64,000 bases of DNA from a virus. The notes beneath the pieces were generated by a model. The model made no database searches. It was not told the DNA's origin and saw only the letters and a program-made list of their open reading frames with translations. Within the stretch, counting starts at the first letter, position 1, and each line of letters opens with the position of its first letter. A program made the translations under genes and the position numbers. Positions 36,660-43,986 of this stretch are shown here, one piece after another. The DNA lies in the IMG/VR virus record IMGVR_UViG_3300037485_001872, positions 32,001 through 96,000 of that record. One strand, 5' to 3'.

Positions 36660-38276
36660 ATGAAAATAACAAAATACGACAAGGATGCACGAGTTTCGCT
36701 AAAAGCGGGAGTGGCCAAATTAACTAAAGCTGTAGGTTCTACTATGGGAGGAGCAGGTACACCTGTTATTATGGATAGTATTGTGAATGCTCCCGTTATC
36801 TCTAAAGATGGTGTGACAGTTTCAGAATTTTTTGAATTACAAGACCCTTATGAGCAAATGGGGGTGAATTTAATTCAGGAGGTTGGAAGGCTCACTAACA
36901 CAATTTCTGGTGATGGGACAAGTTCCGCTACAGTGTTAGCCAATGCTTTCCTTCAAAATGATGGGATGATTGCTTCTGAACGCCTATTTGAGGTGAAGAT
37001 GGGAATGGATAAGGCCATGAAAGAAACTCTGGCTTATTTAAAAAGCTTAGTGATTCCTTTAGATGTAACCGATACAGAAACAATTAAAAACATTGCTACA
37101 ATCTCCGCTGGCGGTGATGAAGAGATAGGAGACTTAATAGCAAAAGCCTATGCTCATACAGGAGAAGACGGCCAAGTGTTAATTCAAGAAGGACGTGGAG
37201 AAGCCTCCTATCTAGAAACAATTTCTGGGTATCAGATTGATAAGGGATATTTCTCTGATTTATTTGTAACGAATAAGAAAAGAGGAACTGTTGAGTTTGA
37301 TTCTCCTTATATTCTTATAACAAATCTTCCTTTGAATAGTCCTGAGCAGATGGTGGCATTTCTAAGTGTAATACCTGTTAATACTCCTGTGGTGTTGATT
37401 GCTCCAGAAGCTTCTGACCCATGCATTTTAACATTAAATACAAATGTGGGTAAAGGACTTTTACAAGCTGTTCTTATTGAGGCTCCAGAATTTGGTGATA
37501 AGCAAAATGCTATTCTTTCAGATTTAGCTATGATGGTGGGGGCAAGATTTATTTCAGTGGAACGTGGTGATGCTTTTAAAGATGTTAAGTTAGAAGATTT
37601 TGGTACATGTAAAACATTTGTTAGTTCTGAGTCTTCTACAATTTTTATAGAGGGAACCGCTACAGTGACTGAAGTGGATGAATACACTTCCAATATTGCT
37701 GAAGGAGCCGATAAAGACTTTTTTAAGAAAAGAACAGGCCGATTGAAAGGAAGACTTGCTAAAATATTTGTGGGAGCTAATTCACAATTAGAATTAAGAG
37801 AACGTGTAGACCGTGTGGAAGATGCCAAAAACGCAACCCGATGTGCCATAGAAGAAGGAATTGTAGTTGGAGGGGGAATTGCATTGTTTAGAGCTGCCAT
37901 GTCCTTAGAGAAGAAGAAACGTAGCTTAAATAGCTTAATATATGGATGGGGTGGTGAATATATGGGGTATTCTCTTGTCAGAGAAGCCATAAAAGCTCCT
38001 TTACGTCAAATTCTTTTTAACTTATTTAGAAATAACGATGATGTTAATAAAGTGATTGAACAACTAACAGATGTTTACAATGAAGATGATTGGGGATTTA
38101 ATGTTCGTAGTTTGCAATTTGAAAACTTAATTGATAGTGGGGTTATTGACCCCTATAAAGTGACAAGGACAGCTCTAGAGACAGCTTATAGTGTAGCTAG
38201 TACAATTCTTGATACAGACTGTGTGATAGCTATTACAGCGAATGAGAAACATGAAAGTACAAATATAAATTTTTAA
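36660..38276 (+). CDS. groEL: GroEL-like chaperonin
   Basis: SKDGVTV, GDGTSSATVLA, IATISA, EAPEFGD, RVEDA, GIVVGGG, GVIDP.KV. Confidence 0.95.
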   Translation: MKITKYDKDARVSLKAGVAKLTKAVGSTMGGAGTPVIMDSIVNAPVISKDGVTVSEFFELQDPYEQMGVNLIQEVGRLTNTISGDGTSSATVLANAFLQNDGMIASERLFEVKMGMDKAMKETLAYLKSLVIPLDVTDTETIKNIATISAGGDEEIGDLIAKAYAHTGEDGQVLIQEGRGEASYLETISGYQIDKGYFSDLFVTNKKRGTVEFDSPYILITNLPLNSPEQMVAFLSVIPVNTPVVLIAPEASDPCILTLNTNVGKGLLQAVLIEAPEFGDKQNAILSDLAMMVGARFISVERGDAFKDVKLEDFGTCKTFVSSESSTIFIEGTATVTEVDEYTSNIAEGADKDFFKKRTGRLKGRLAKIFVGANSQLELRERVDRVEDAKNATRCAIEEGIVVGGGIALFRAAMSLEKKKRSLNSLIYGWGGEYMGYSLVREAIKAPLRQILFNLFRNNDDVNKVIEQLTDVYNEDDWGFNVRSLQFENLIDSGVIDPYKVTRTALETAYSVASTILDTDCVIAITANEKHESTNINF

Positions 38277-38277
38277 T

Positions 38278-38640
38278 ATGGAACAAAATAATGTAACAAT
38301 GAGCGACTTCAGTACCTTTAGATTTTTTTGGTCAGATGCACCTAATTCGGCTCCCGCAAGTTCAAGCCTTATAACCTTTCCTTTAATTCAAGGTGTTGCT
38401 CAATCAACCTCCTCTGATAAAGACGTTGTAAATCCAGAACATTATAAAAAAGGAAAAGTGGAATGTATTGATGCTATTGAGTCGGCCACCGTTGGTAAGA
38501 CAGGGATTGAGGCTACTGATACAGGTAATGTTTTGAAATATTTGTGGAGGTTTGAGAGTAAGAATGGGTTAACAGATGTTAAAAAGGCTTTGTGGTATCT
38601 TAATCATTTAATAGCTCATTTAGAAAGTAAAAATGGATAG
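38278..38640 (+). CDS. DUF3310-family protein
   Basis: VNPEHY..ECIDAI..GNVLKYLWR..KNG..DVKKALWYL. Confidence 0.85.
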   Translation: MEQNNVTMSDFSTFRFFWSDAPNSAPASSSLITFPLIQGVAQSTSSDKDVVNPEHYKKGKVECIDAIESATVGKTGIEATDTGNVLKYLWRFESKNGLTDVKKALWYLNHLIAHLESKNG

Positions 38641-38875
38641 ACCTACATATATAAAATACTTAGAAGCAAATGCTGCTGTCAATATTTTATTTGAGTATTC
38701 TAATGAATTTGGGAAACGAAAACTTTCTATAATGGAATTCAATGATAAAGTGAATTTATTTATGCTCATTCCACAATTTCATTTCTTTAAAGATTGGGTG
38801 ATAAAGCATTATAACAATAAATTTCATATTAATTTCTTATTTGATGTTACGGGGGGTTTAATAAAGATTTCATGA
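38633..38875 (+). CDS. Hypothetical protein
   Basis: 80-aa ORF. Confidence 0.55.
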   Translation: MDRPTYIKYLEANAAVNILFEYSNEFGKRKLSIMEFNDKVNLFMLIPQFHFFKDWVIKHYNNKFHINFLFDVTGGLIKIS

Positions 38876-39849
38876 GTAAAATTAAACAATGGACAGATAG
38901 TGTAAATTTAGCAGTTAAAGAAATAGGTAGATTTCAGTCTGGAGAAAGTAGACCTTTGAGTTGTGGTATACCACATGTTGACATTAATTTAGTAGGTGGG
39001 TTACGTGGTAAAACTATTTTTACTCTTGCTGGGTATACAGGAATGGGAAAAACGTACCTAAGTCAACGTATTATTAATGGAACGATAGAAAATAATCCAA
39101 ACTCTAAGATAGCCGTGTTAAAAATGAATTTTGAAATGAGTGTTTCAGAACTTATATTACGTAGGTTACAAATGGAGACCCATCTATCAATTGAAGAAAT
39201 TTTATTATCTCCACCATCAGATGCTGCTCTTTTTAAGTCTATAATTGACAAAGAAAGAGGTTCATCTACAGTACATATTGAACAAGCACTTACCCCAGAA
39301 GAATTTGAAAAAGAGTGTAGAATATTTTTAGACAGTAATACAGATAAAGATTTAGCTATTATAGAGCTTGACCACTGCTCCCTCGTACAAGGAGAGGATA
39401 AAAAAAGAGCTGTGGATAAAATGGTGGAGATTTGTATAAAATTAAAGCAAGAATATGATAATTCTTTCTTTTTGCTACTAGCGCAATTAAATCGGTCTTT
39501 AGAAGGGCGTACTCTTATAACTGAGTTAGCTCCTAGGTTATCCGATGTTTATGCTAGTAGTACCATGGGGTTTGCTAGTACTGTTATATTAATAGTACAT
39601 CAACCTAGTAGAATGGGTATTCAAAAGTATTTGACACTAAATGTTGAAAAGTATCATTATCTTTCCGATTTTTTCATAGAGGGTAATAGTGATAGGTGGG
39701 CTTCTTTAGATACATATAAAACAATATTTTATCATTATGTTAAAAATAGGGTGTCTAGTGAAATACCTGATATTTTTGCTGAAAGGTATGGTGTGGCTCC
39801 TATAGAGAAGAAATATACAGATAGTGTAGAAAAATTAAATGATTTCTAA
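38872..39849 (+). CDS. dnaB: DnaB-like SF4 replicative helicase (C-terminal domain only)
   Basis: AGYTGMGKT, FEMS, ELDH, LAQLNR, P.LSD. Confidence 0.85.
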   Translation: MSKIKQWTDSVNLAVKEIGRFQSGESRPLSCGIPHVDINLVGGLRGKTIFTLAGYTGMGKTYLSQRIINGTIENNPNSKIAVLKMNFEMSVSELILRRLQMETHLSIEEILLSPPSDAALFKSIIDKERGSSTVHIEQALTPEEFEKECRIFLDSNTDKDLAIIELDHCSLVQGEDKKRAVDKMVEICIKLKQEYDNSFFLLLAQLNRSLEGRTLITELAPRLSDVYASSTMGFASTVILIVHQPSRMGIQKYLTLNVEKYHYLSDFFIEGNSDRWASLDTYKTIFYHYVKNRVSSEIPDIFAERYGVAPIEKKYTDSVEKLNDF

Positions 39850-39851
39850 AT

Positions 39852-39913
39852 TGTAATATTTTTGTCAGGAAAAAATAAAACTATTGTATATTTTAATAAT
39901 TATTGTATATTTG
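39852..39913 (+). promoter_or_regulatory. Promoter with inverted box, leaderless start
   Basis: TGTAAT 39852, TGTCAG 39863; TATATTTG 39906-39913; ATG 39918. Confidence 0.7.
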
Positions 39914-39917
39914 TATT

Positions 39918-40454
39918 ATGATTTTTAACGTAGAATTAGTGATTAAATCAGGAGTAAGTGATTCAGAAATAATTACACTCCTAACTATTAAAAACAAGGG
40001 TTATGAATACTTAGCCATTCGTACTGACCAATTAAATTCTCTCAAAGATAAGGAATTTGTGGAAATGGTGAAAGGTAAGGTTGGAACCCCTACTTATATG
40101 AATGCACGTCTTAGTAAAAAAGGAAAAGACTTTTTAAGGGATATTAGTATTCCTGGCGTTTCTGAAGAAGCAAAACAAGTATTAACTAATGCTTGTTCAT
40201 CTTATGAATCCAGAGGTTTTGGAGAAAAAATAGGGAATAAAAAAAGAGCTGTCTCTTTAATATCATGGTTTTTAATTGAAACAAGTTTTTCAGCTGAACA
40301 AGTCTGTAAAGCTATTTCGGATTATATATGGGGAGTAGGGGAACTTACCTATTGTACTCTTCTACCTAACCTTATATGGAAACCAATGTCTGTATTTGAG
40401 ACCAAGCCAAATACCGCAGATTCAAAACTATATAAATTGATGACACAAAAATAA
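39918..40454 (+). CDS. Hypothetical protein, winged-helix-like N-terminus
   Basis: L.SL..K.FV....RLSKKGK.FL wHTH wing pattern; next to helicase. Confidence 0.55.
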   Translation: MIFNVELVIKSGVSDSEIITLLTIKNKGYEYLAIRTDQLNSLKDKEFVEMVKGKVGTPTYMNARLSKKGKDFLRDISIPGVSEEAKQVLTNACSSYESRGFGEKIGNKKRAVSLISWFLIETSFSAEQVCKAISDYIWGVGELTYCTLLPNLIWKPMSVFETKPNTADSKLYKLMTQK

Positions 40455-40477
40455 TTCTCGATTCGCAAATCACAAAT

Positions 40478-40540
40478 TGTCATATTTTTGTAACAAAAAA
40501 AGAATAAATTTGTTACATTGAAAAAATTGTTGTATATTTG
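40478..40540 (+). promoter_or_regulatory. Promoter with inverted box, leaderless start
   Basis: TGTCAT 40478, TGTAAC 40489; TATATTTG 40533-40540; ATG 40545. Confidence 0.7.
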
Positions 40541-40544
40541 TAAT

Positions 40545-40688
40545 ATGGTTTTGAAAGTAAAAAGAAATAGAGAATCAAAATCGGTAAGGAGACAGCGACA
40601 ATTAATAAGAAGAAAGCTACTTCAAAGATGTGTGGCCTCTAAGAAAAAGTATAAACGTTCATTTTATAAAAATATTGAGAAGAATTAA
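40545..40688 (+). CDS. 47-aa highly basic peptide
   Basis: Manual translation MVLKVKRNRESKSVRRQRQLIRRKLLQRCVASKKKYKRSFYKNIEKN; below ORF-track cutoff. Confidence 0.55.
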   Translation: MVLKVKRNRESKSVRRQRQLIRRKLLQRCVASKKKYKRSFYKNIEKN

Positions 40689-40926
40689 AACACTTCTCAA
40701 AAATCGGTACTACTCCTCTGACAAAGGAGTGCTAAAAGACCTTATTACAACGTGAATAATAGAAATATTATAGGGCTGGTAGTTTAAGGTAGTACAGTGG
40801 AGGTGTCATCTCCTCACGGGAAAGCACCACTCTGCTTCTGTAATGAGTGAGCTAAAATAAGTCCGAGCATAAATAAGGCATAGCTTTCCTAATTTAAATT
40901 TTAGAAATTAAAAACAAAAAAAATAT

Positions 40927-41796
40927 ATGAAAAAACTATTAATACTAGCGTTATGCTTAATCGCTTACAATTCAAAAGCAGATAGTGAAAACTGTCCAAC
41001 CTCTGTCTCTTACAATAGTTCTAAGAAGCAGTTTACTTTTTATTATGCTGGAGGTATTCCAAAAGATGGTAATGGAAATTCTAACTATGACCGAATACAA
41101 ATTGAAAATAGTATTGGTCAAGGAAGTCAATGGTATACAAAAGGAGGGGTTAAAATAAAAATCCTTTCTAAAACCTCCACCACTTTAGTTACAAACAATG
41201 CCTCAGATTCTTTAGATGGAACCTCAGAAATGTATACATCAGGGAAGCATAAGGATAAGATAACTTATTGGCAGGGGAATGTTGATTTAAAACATGATTA
41301 TAGTTCTAGTGATAAACGCTTTATTAACCATTGTTATTATGATGCCCCACTTCCTGTTAAACTAATTTCTTTCTCCTATAGTAAAGAATTATTTAGTTTT
41401 AAATGGGTGACGGCCTCCGAAATTGATAATGAAAAATTTATGATTCAGGAGAGTGAAGATTGTACAAATTGGCATACTATACTGGAAATACAATCAAAAA
41501 ATTCAAATTCTACTTCTAATACTTATTATTCATGTATGTACTTACACCCCTCTGGATTTTATAGAATAGTACAGAGAGATTTTAATGGGGTGATGGAAAC
41601 TTTTCAACCCATTTACTTATATAAAGATGCTCCAAATATTTCAATAATAGATGATGTAATAACAACAGGGTCTCTTTCCACTATATTAAATATTGTTGGA
41701 GATGTTGTTTTTGAAGGAATTGGGAGTGTTAGACTTATCCCAGGTTATTATTTTATTCTTTCTGAGGATAAATGGTTTAAAATTCAAATTAAATAA
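40927..41796 (+). CDS. Secreted protein with T9SS-cargo-like C-terminal Ig domain
   Basis: Signal peptide MKKLLILALCLIAYNSKA; PLPVKLISF..W.TASEIDN..F.IQ.S.D...W..YRIVQ.D.NG. Confidence 0.7.
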   Translation: MKKLLILALCLIAYNSKADSENCPTSVSYNSSKKQFTFYYAGGIPKDGNGNSNYDRIQIENSIGQGSQWYTKGGVKIKILSKTSTTLVTNNASDSLDGTSEMYTSGKHKDKITYWQGNVDLKHDYSSSDKRFINHCYYDAPLPVKLISFSYSKELFSFKWVTASEIDNEKFMIQESEDCTNWHTILEIQSKNSNSTSNTYYSCMYLHPSGFYRIVQRDFNGVMETFQPIYLYKDAPNISIIDDVITTGSLSTILNIVGDVVFEGIGSVRLIPGYYFILSEDKWFKIQIK

Positions 41797-41841
41797 TATG
41801 AAATATAAACACGCAGATTACGAAAATATTTTTGAAGTGCT

Positions 41842-42186
41842 ATGAACGTTCTGTTTATTTGTACCTCAAACAAAGATAGGAGCGTTGCCCTAGAAAACTA
41901 TTTTGAAGATGTTTTTACCTCCCATAAGTATAGAAGTGCTGGAATTAACAAATACTTCACAGAGCAGAAGAAAACACACTATTTAACCTATAAGGATATT
42001 GAGTGGGCTGATTTTATTGTATTTGCAGAGGATATTCATAGAGAGGTGGTGAAACGTGATTTTGGTTATGAATGTATACAGTTTAAGCAATCTGAGATTC
42101 TTAATTTAGGTGAATACACTAAAGGAAATATTGAAGAAGATTATTTGACAAGAGCTGAGTTAAAATTATTTCGTTACTTGTCTTAA
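41842..42186 (+). CDS. Low-molecular-weight phosphatase (LMW-PTP/ArsC fold)
   Basis: VLFICTSNKDRS (CX5R), RSAG, IEWAD. Confidence 0.8.
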   Translation: MNVLFICTSNKDRSVALENYFEDVFTSHKYRSAGINKYFTEQKKTHYLTYKDIEWADFIVFAEDIHREVVKRDFGYECIQFKQSEILNLGEYTKGNIEEDYLTRAELKLFRYLS

Positions 42187-42297
42187 AGCTATTCCCAGAT
42201 GGGTGGGAATCTACGTTGATTAGGAATGCCCCAGGAGTTTATGCTCACTAAGTATTCGCCAGCGCATAAAGGCAAAAAAGCTATTTGTCCCCATACT

Positions 42298-42319
42298 AGC
42301 CTCCTTCGGGGGGCTTTTT
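42298..42319 (+). terminator. Rho-independent terminator
   Basis: AGCCTCC-TTCG-GGGGGCT followed by T run. Confidence 0.85.
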
Positions 42320-42324
42320 ATTTT

Positions 42325-42386
42325 TGTCATATTTATGTCAATTGAAAAATTAATGCTTGTTTATCTAACAAAATTTTGTATCTTTG
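42325..42386 (+). promoter_or_regulatory. Promoter with inverted (canonical Pho-box-sense) repeat, leaderless start
   Basis: TGTCAT 42325, TGTCAA 42336; TATCTTTG 42379-42386; ATG 42391. Confidence 0.75.
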
Positions 42387-42390
42387 TATC

Positions 42391-42816
42391 ATGAATTTAG
42401 GTATAGCGATTGCTCTTGCAGCAGAGAAATTTAAAAACAAAACAGATAAGGCTGGTCAACCCTACATCCTACACTGCCTTCGGGTTATGAATAAGATGAA
42501 TCATAATGATTTTGAGCTTATGTGTATAGCTGTTTTACATGATGTTGTAGAAGATACTGATGTTTCAATATCTAACCTATATGAAATGGGATTTTCAACC
42601 AGAATATGTCAAGCTGTTTACGTATTAACCCATAGTAAAGGAGAATCATATGATACTTATATCAAGTGTGTAGCAACTAATTCTGATGCTGTAAAGGTGA
42701 AATTAGCAGACTTAAAAGATAATTCTGATATTACACGCCTCAAGGGATTGACCAAAGCAGATTTCGATAGAATGGAAAAGTATCATAGAAGTTTTATTTA
42801 CCTATCTAAAATATAA
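42391..42816 (+). CDS. HD-domain hydrolase (RelA/SpoT hydrolase / Mesh1-like)
   Basis: DKAGQPYILH, AVLHDVVEDT, VKLADLKDN. Confidence 0.85.
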   Translation: MNLGIAIALAAEKFKNKTDKAGQPYILHCLRVMNKMNHNDFELMCIAVLHDVVEDTDVSISNLYEMGFSTRICQAVYVLTHSKGESYDTYIKCVATNSDAVKVKLADLKDNSDITRLKGLTKADFDRMEKYHRSFIYLSKI

Positions 42817-42818
42817 TC

Positions 42819-43139
42819 ATGGGAGAATTTGTAGAGTATAACGAAGCATTAGATTTACAGGAACTAGGAATGACTACAGATTATTTTGCAGTTTATTCTG
42901 TAGCTGATAAATCAAGGGTTTATGCTCCTGATTATATAAGGGGGGGTGCTATACCTGCCCCACTATACCAACAAGTAGTGGATTGGTTTGAAAAAGAACA
43001 TCAAATATTCATTGGTAAAACAGGATATAATGATGGTGTAACTCCTAAACGATTTGTATACCATGTTGACTCTCTATATTGTGATGAACAATCATATGAT
43101 GGAGCTATTAAAGAAGCAATAAAAATTATAAAACAATGA
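42819..43139 (+). CDS. Hypothetical protein
   Basis: EFV.Y..AL.L.ELG..APLYQQV..WF family. Confidence 0.65.
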   Translation: MGEFVEYNEALDLQELGMTTDYFAVYSVADKSRVYAPDYIRGGAIPAPLYQQVVDWFEKEHQIFIGKTGYNDGVTPKRFVYHVDSLYCDEQSYDGAIKEAIKIIKQ

Positions 43140-43306
43140 AAAATAGACGTTTAGAAAGAGAAGCCGATGGTGTTAGTAACATTATAATTGACTTAATTTC
43201 AGAGATTAATTCTCTGGAGGATGAGATTCAAAATTTAGAAGAGAAAGTTGAACGATTGGAAGATGAGTTGACTGACTTAAAAGCTTAACCTTATACCCAT
43301 TAAATG

Positions 43307-43336
43307 AAAAAAGCCCCTATTTGGGGCTTTTTCTTT
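43307..43336. terminator. Bidirectional terminator at convergence of the two gene blocks
   Basis: AAAAAAGCCCC-TATTT-GGGGCTTTTT. Confidence 0.9.
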
Positions 43337-43986
43337 TACATGCTCTCTGGAAAATAATATCGTAAATTACTAGTATTTGGTATTTGTTCCTTTAACATCT
43401 GTGTCACATAAAATCTACTACGGCCATAGTCTTTTGCAGCTAAATTTATAGAAGAGTAAATTTCGTTAGTCTCTATATTAATTACAGGTGTACCTTTTGT
43501 TTTAGATATTTTATCTCTACATTCTTTTGACTTAGGTATTCCTAATAGACTTTTCAACAATCCTCTTCTTGTTCCTTCTGCCATTTGTTTCCCTCTATTA
43601 GATGCTGCTCCTTTTGCTCTTGCTTCTGGAGTCCTTACTTTTCCAATTTGCCATTCTGACATTTTTCTTCTAGTTTCCTCTGAATATACTGGAGGTAATA
43701 AATCTGTGGCAGGTAGTATACAATTTAATCCTACTTCTGGGTCTAATACATTATAATACTCTCCCCAATATCTTTCCTTAATAAATCTATTATCAAAATT
43801 ACATTCTTCAATTATAGTGAAGATGTGGTTTTCCCATCCGTATTTTTGAATTGACCTGTATATGATGGTTTGTCCTACAACCTCACTTCTTTTATAGTTA
43901 CTTTTTCTCTTTGTTATATTTAAAGTAGAACCAACATAAATCCTTCCAGAAGGACTTGTAATCATATAAATCCATGCTTTTCTCAT
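43336..43986 (-). CDS. Free-standing GIY-YIG homing endonuclease with NUMOD3/NUMOD1 repeats
   Basis: WIYMITSPSGRIYVGS, SIQKYGWENH.F, KERYW, GLN, SEETRRKMS, YSSI..AAK. Confidence 0.85.
   Translation of the reverse strand: MRKAWIYMITSPSGRIYVGSTLNITKRKSNYKRSEVVGQTIIYRSIQKYGWENHIFTIIEECNFDNRFIKERYWGEYYNVLDPEVGLNCILPATDLLPPVYSEETRRKMSEWQIGKVRTPEARAKGAASNRGKQMAEGTRRGLLKSLLGIPKSKECRDKISKTKGTPVINIETNEIYSSINLAAKDYGRSRFYVTQMLKEQIPNTSNLRYYFPESM

Noticed and set aside
37307-37990. 227-aa minus-strand ORF and similar antisense ORFs (30484, 33715, 44704, 49285)
   Set aside because: Shadow frames opposite well-supported genes; no promoters or motifs
40545-40688. Phage ribosomal protein bS21
   Set aside because: Only the first few residues are vaguely similar; lacks the AL+RFK and (F/Y).KPS motifs
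638-42386. CRISPR array or mobile repeat explanation for the recurring TGACA units
   Set aside because: Units are 6-bp half-sites fixed relative to promoters and separated by whole genes; there are no 25-40-bp repeats with regular spacers
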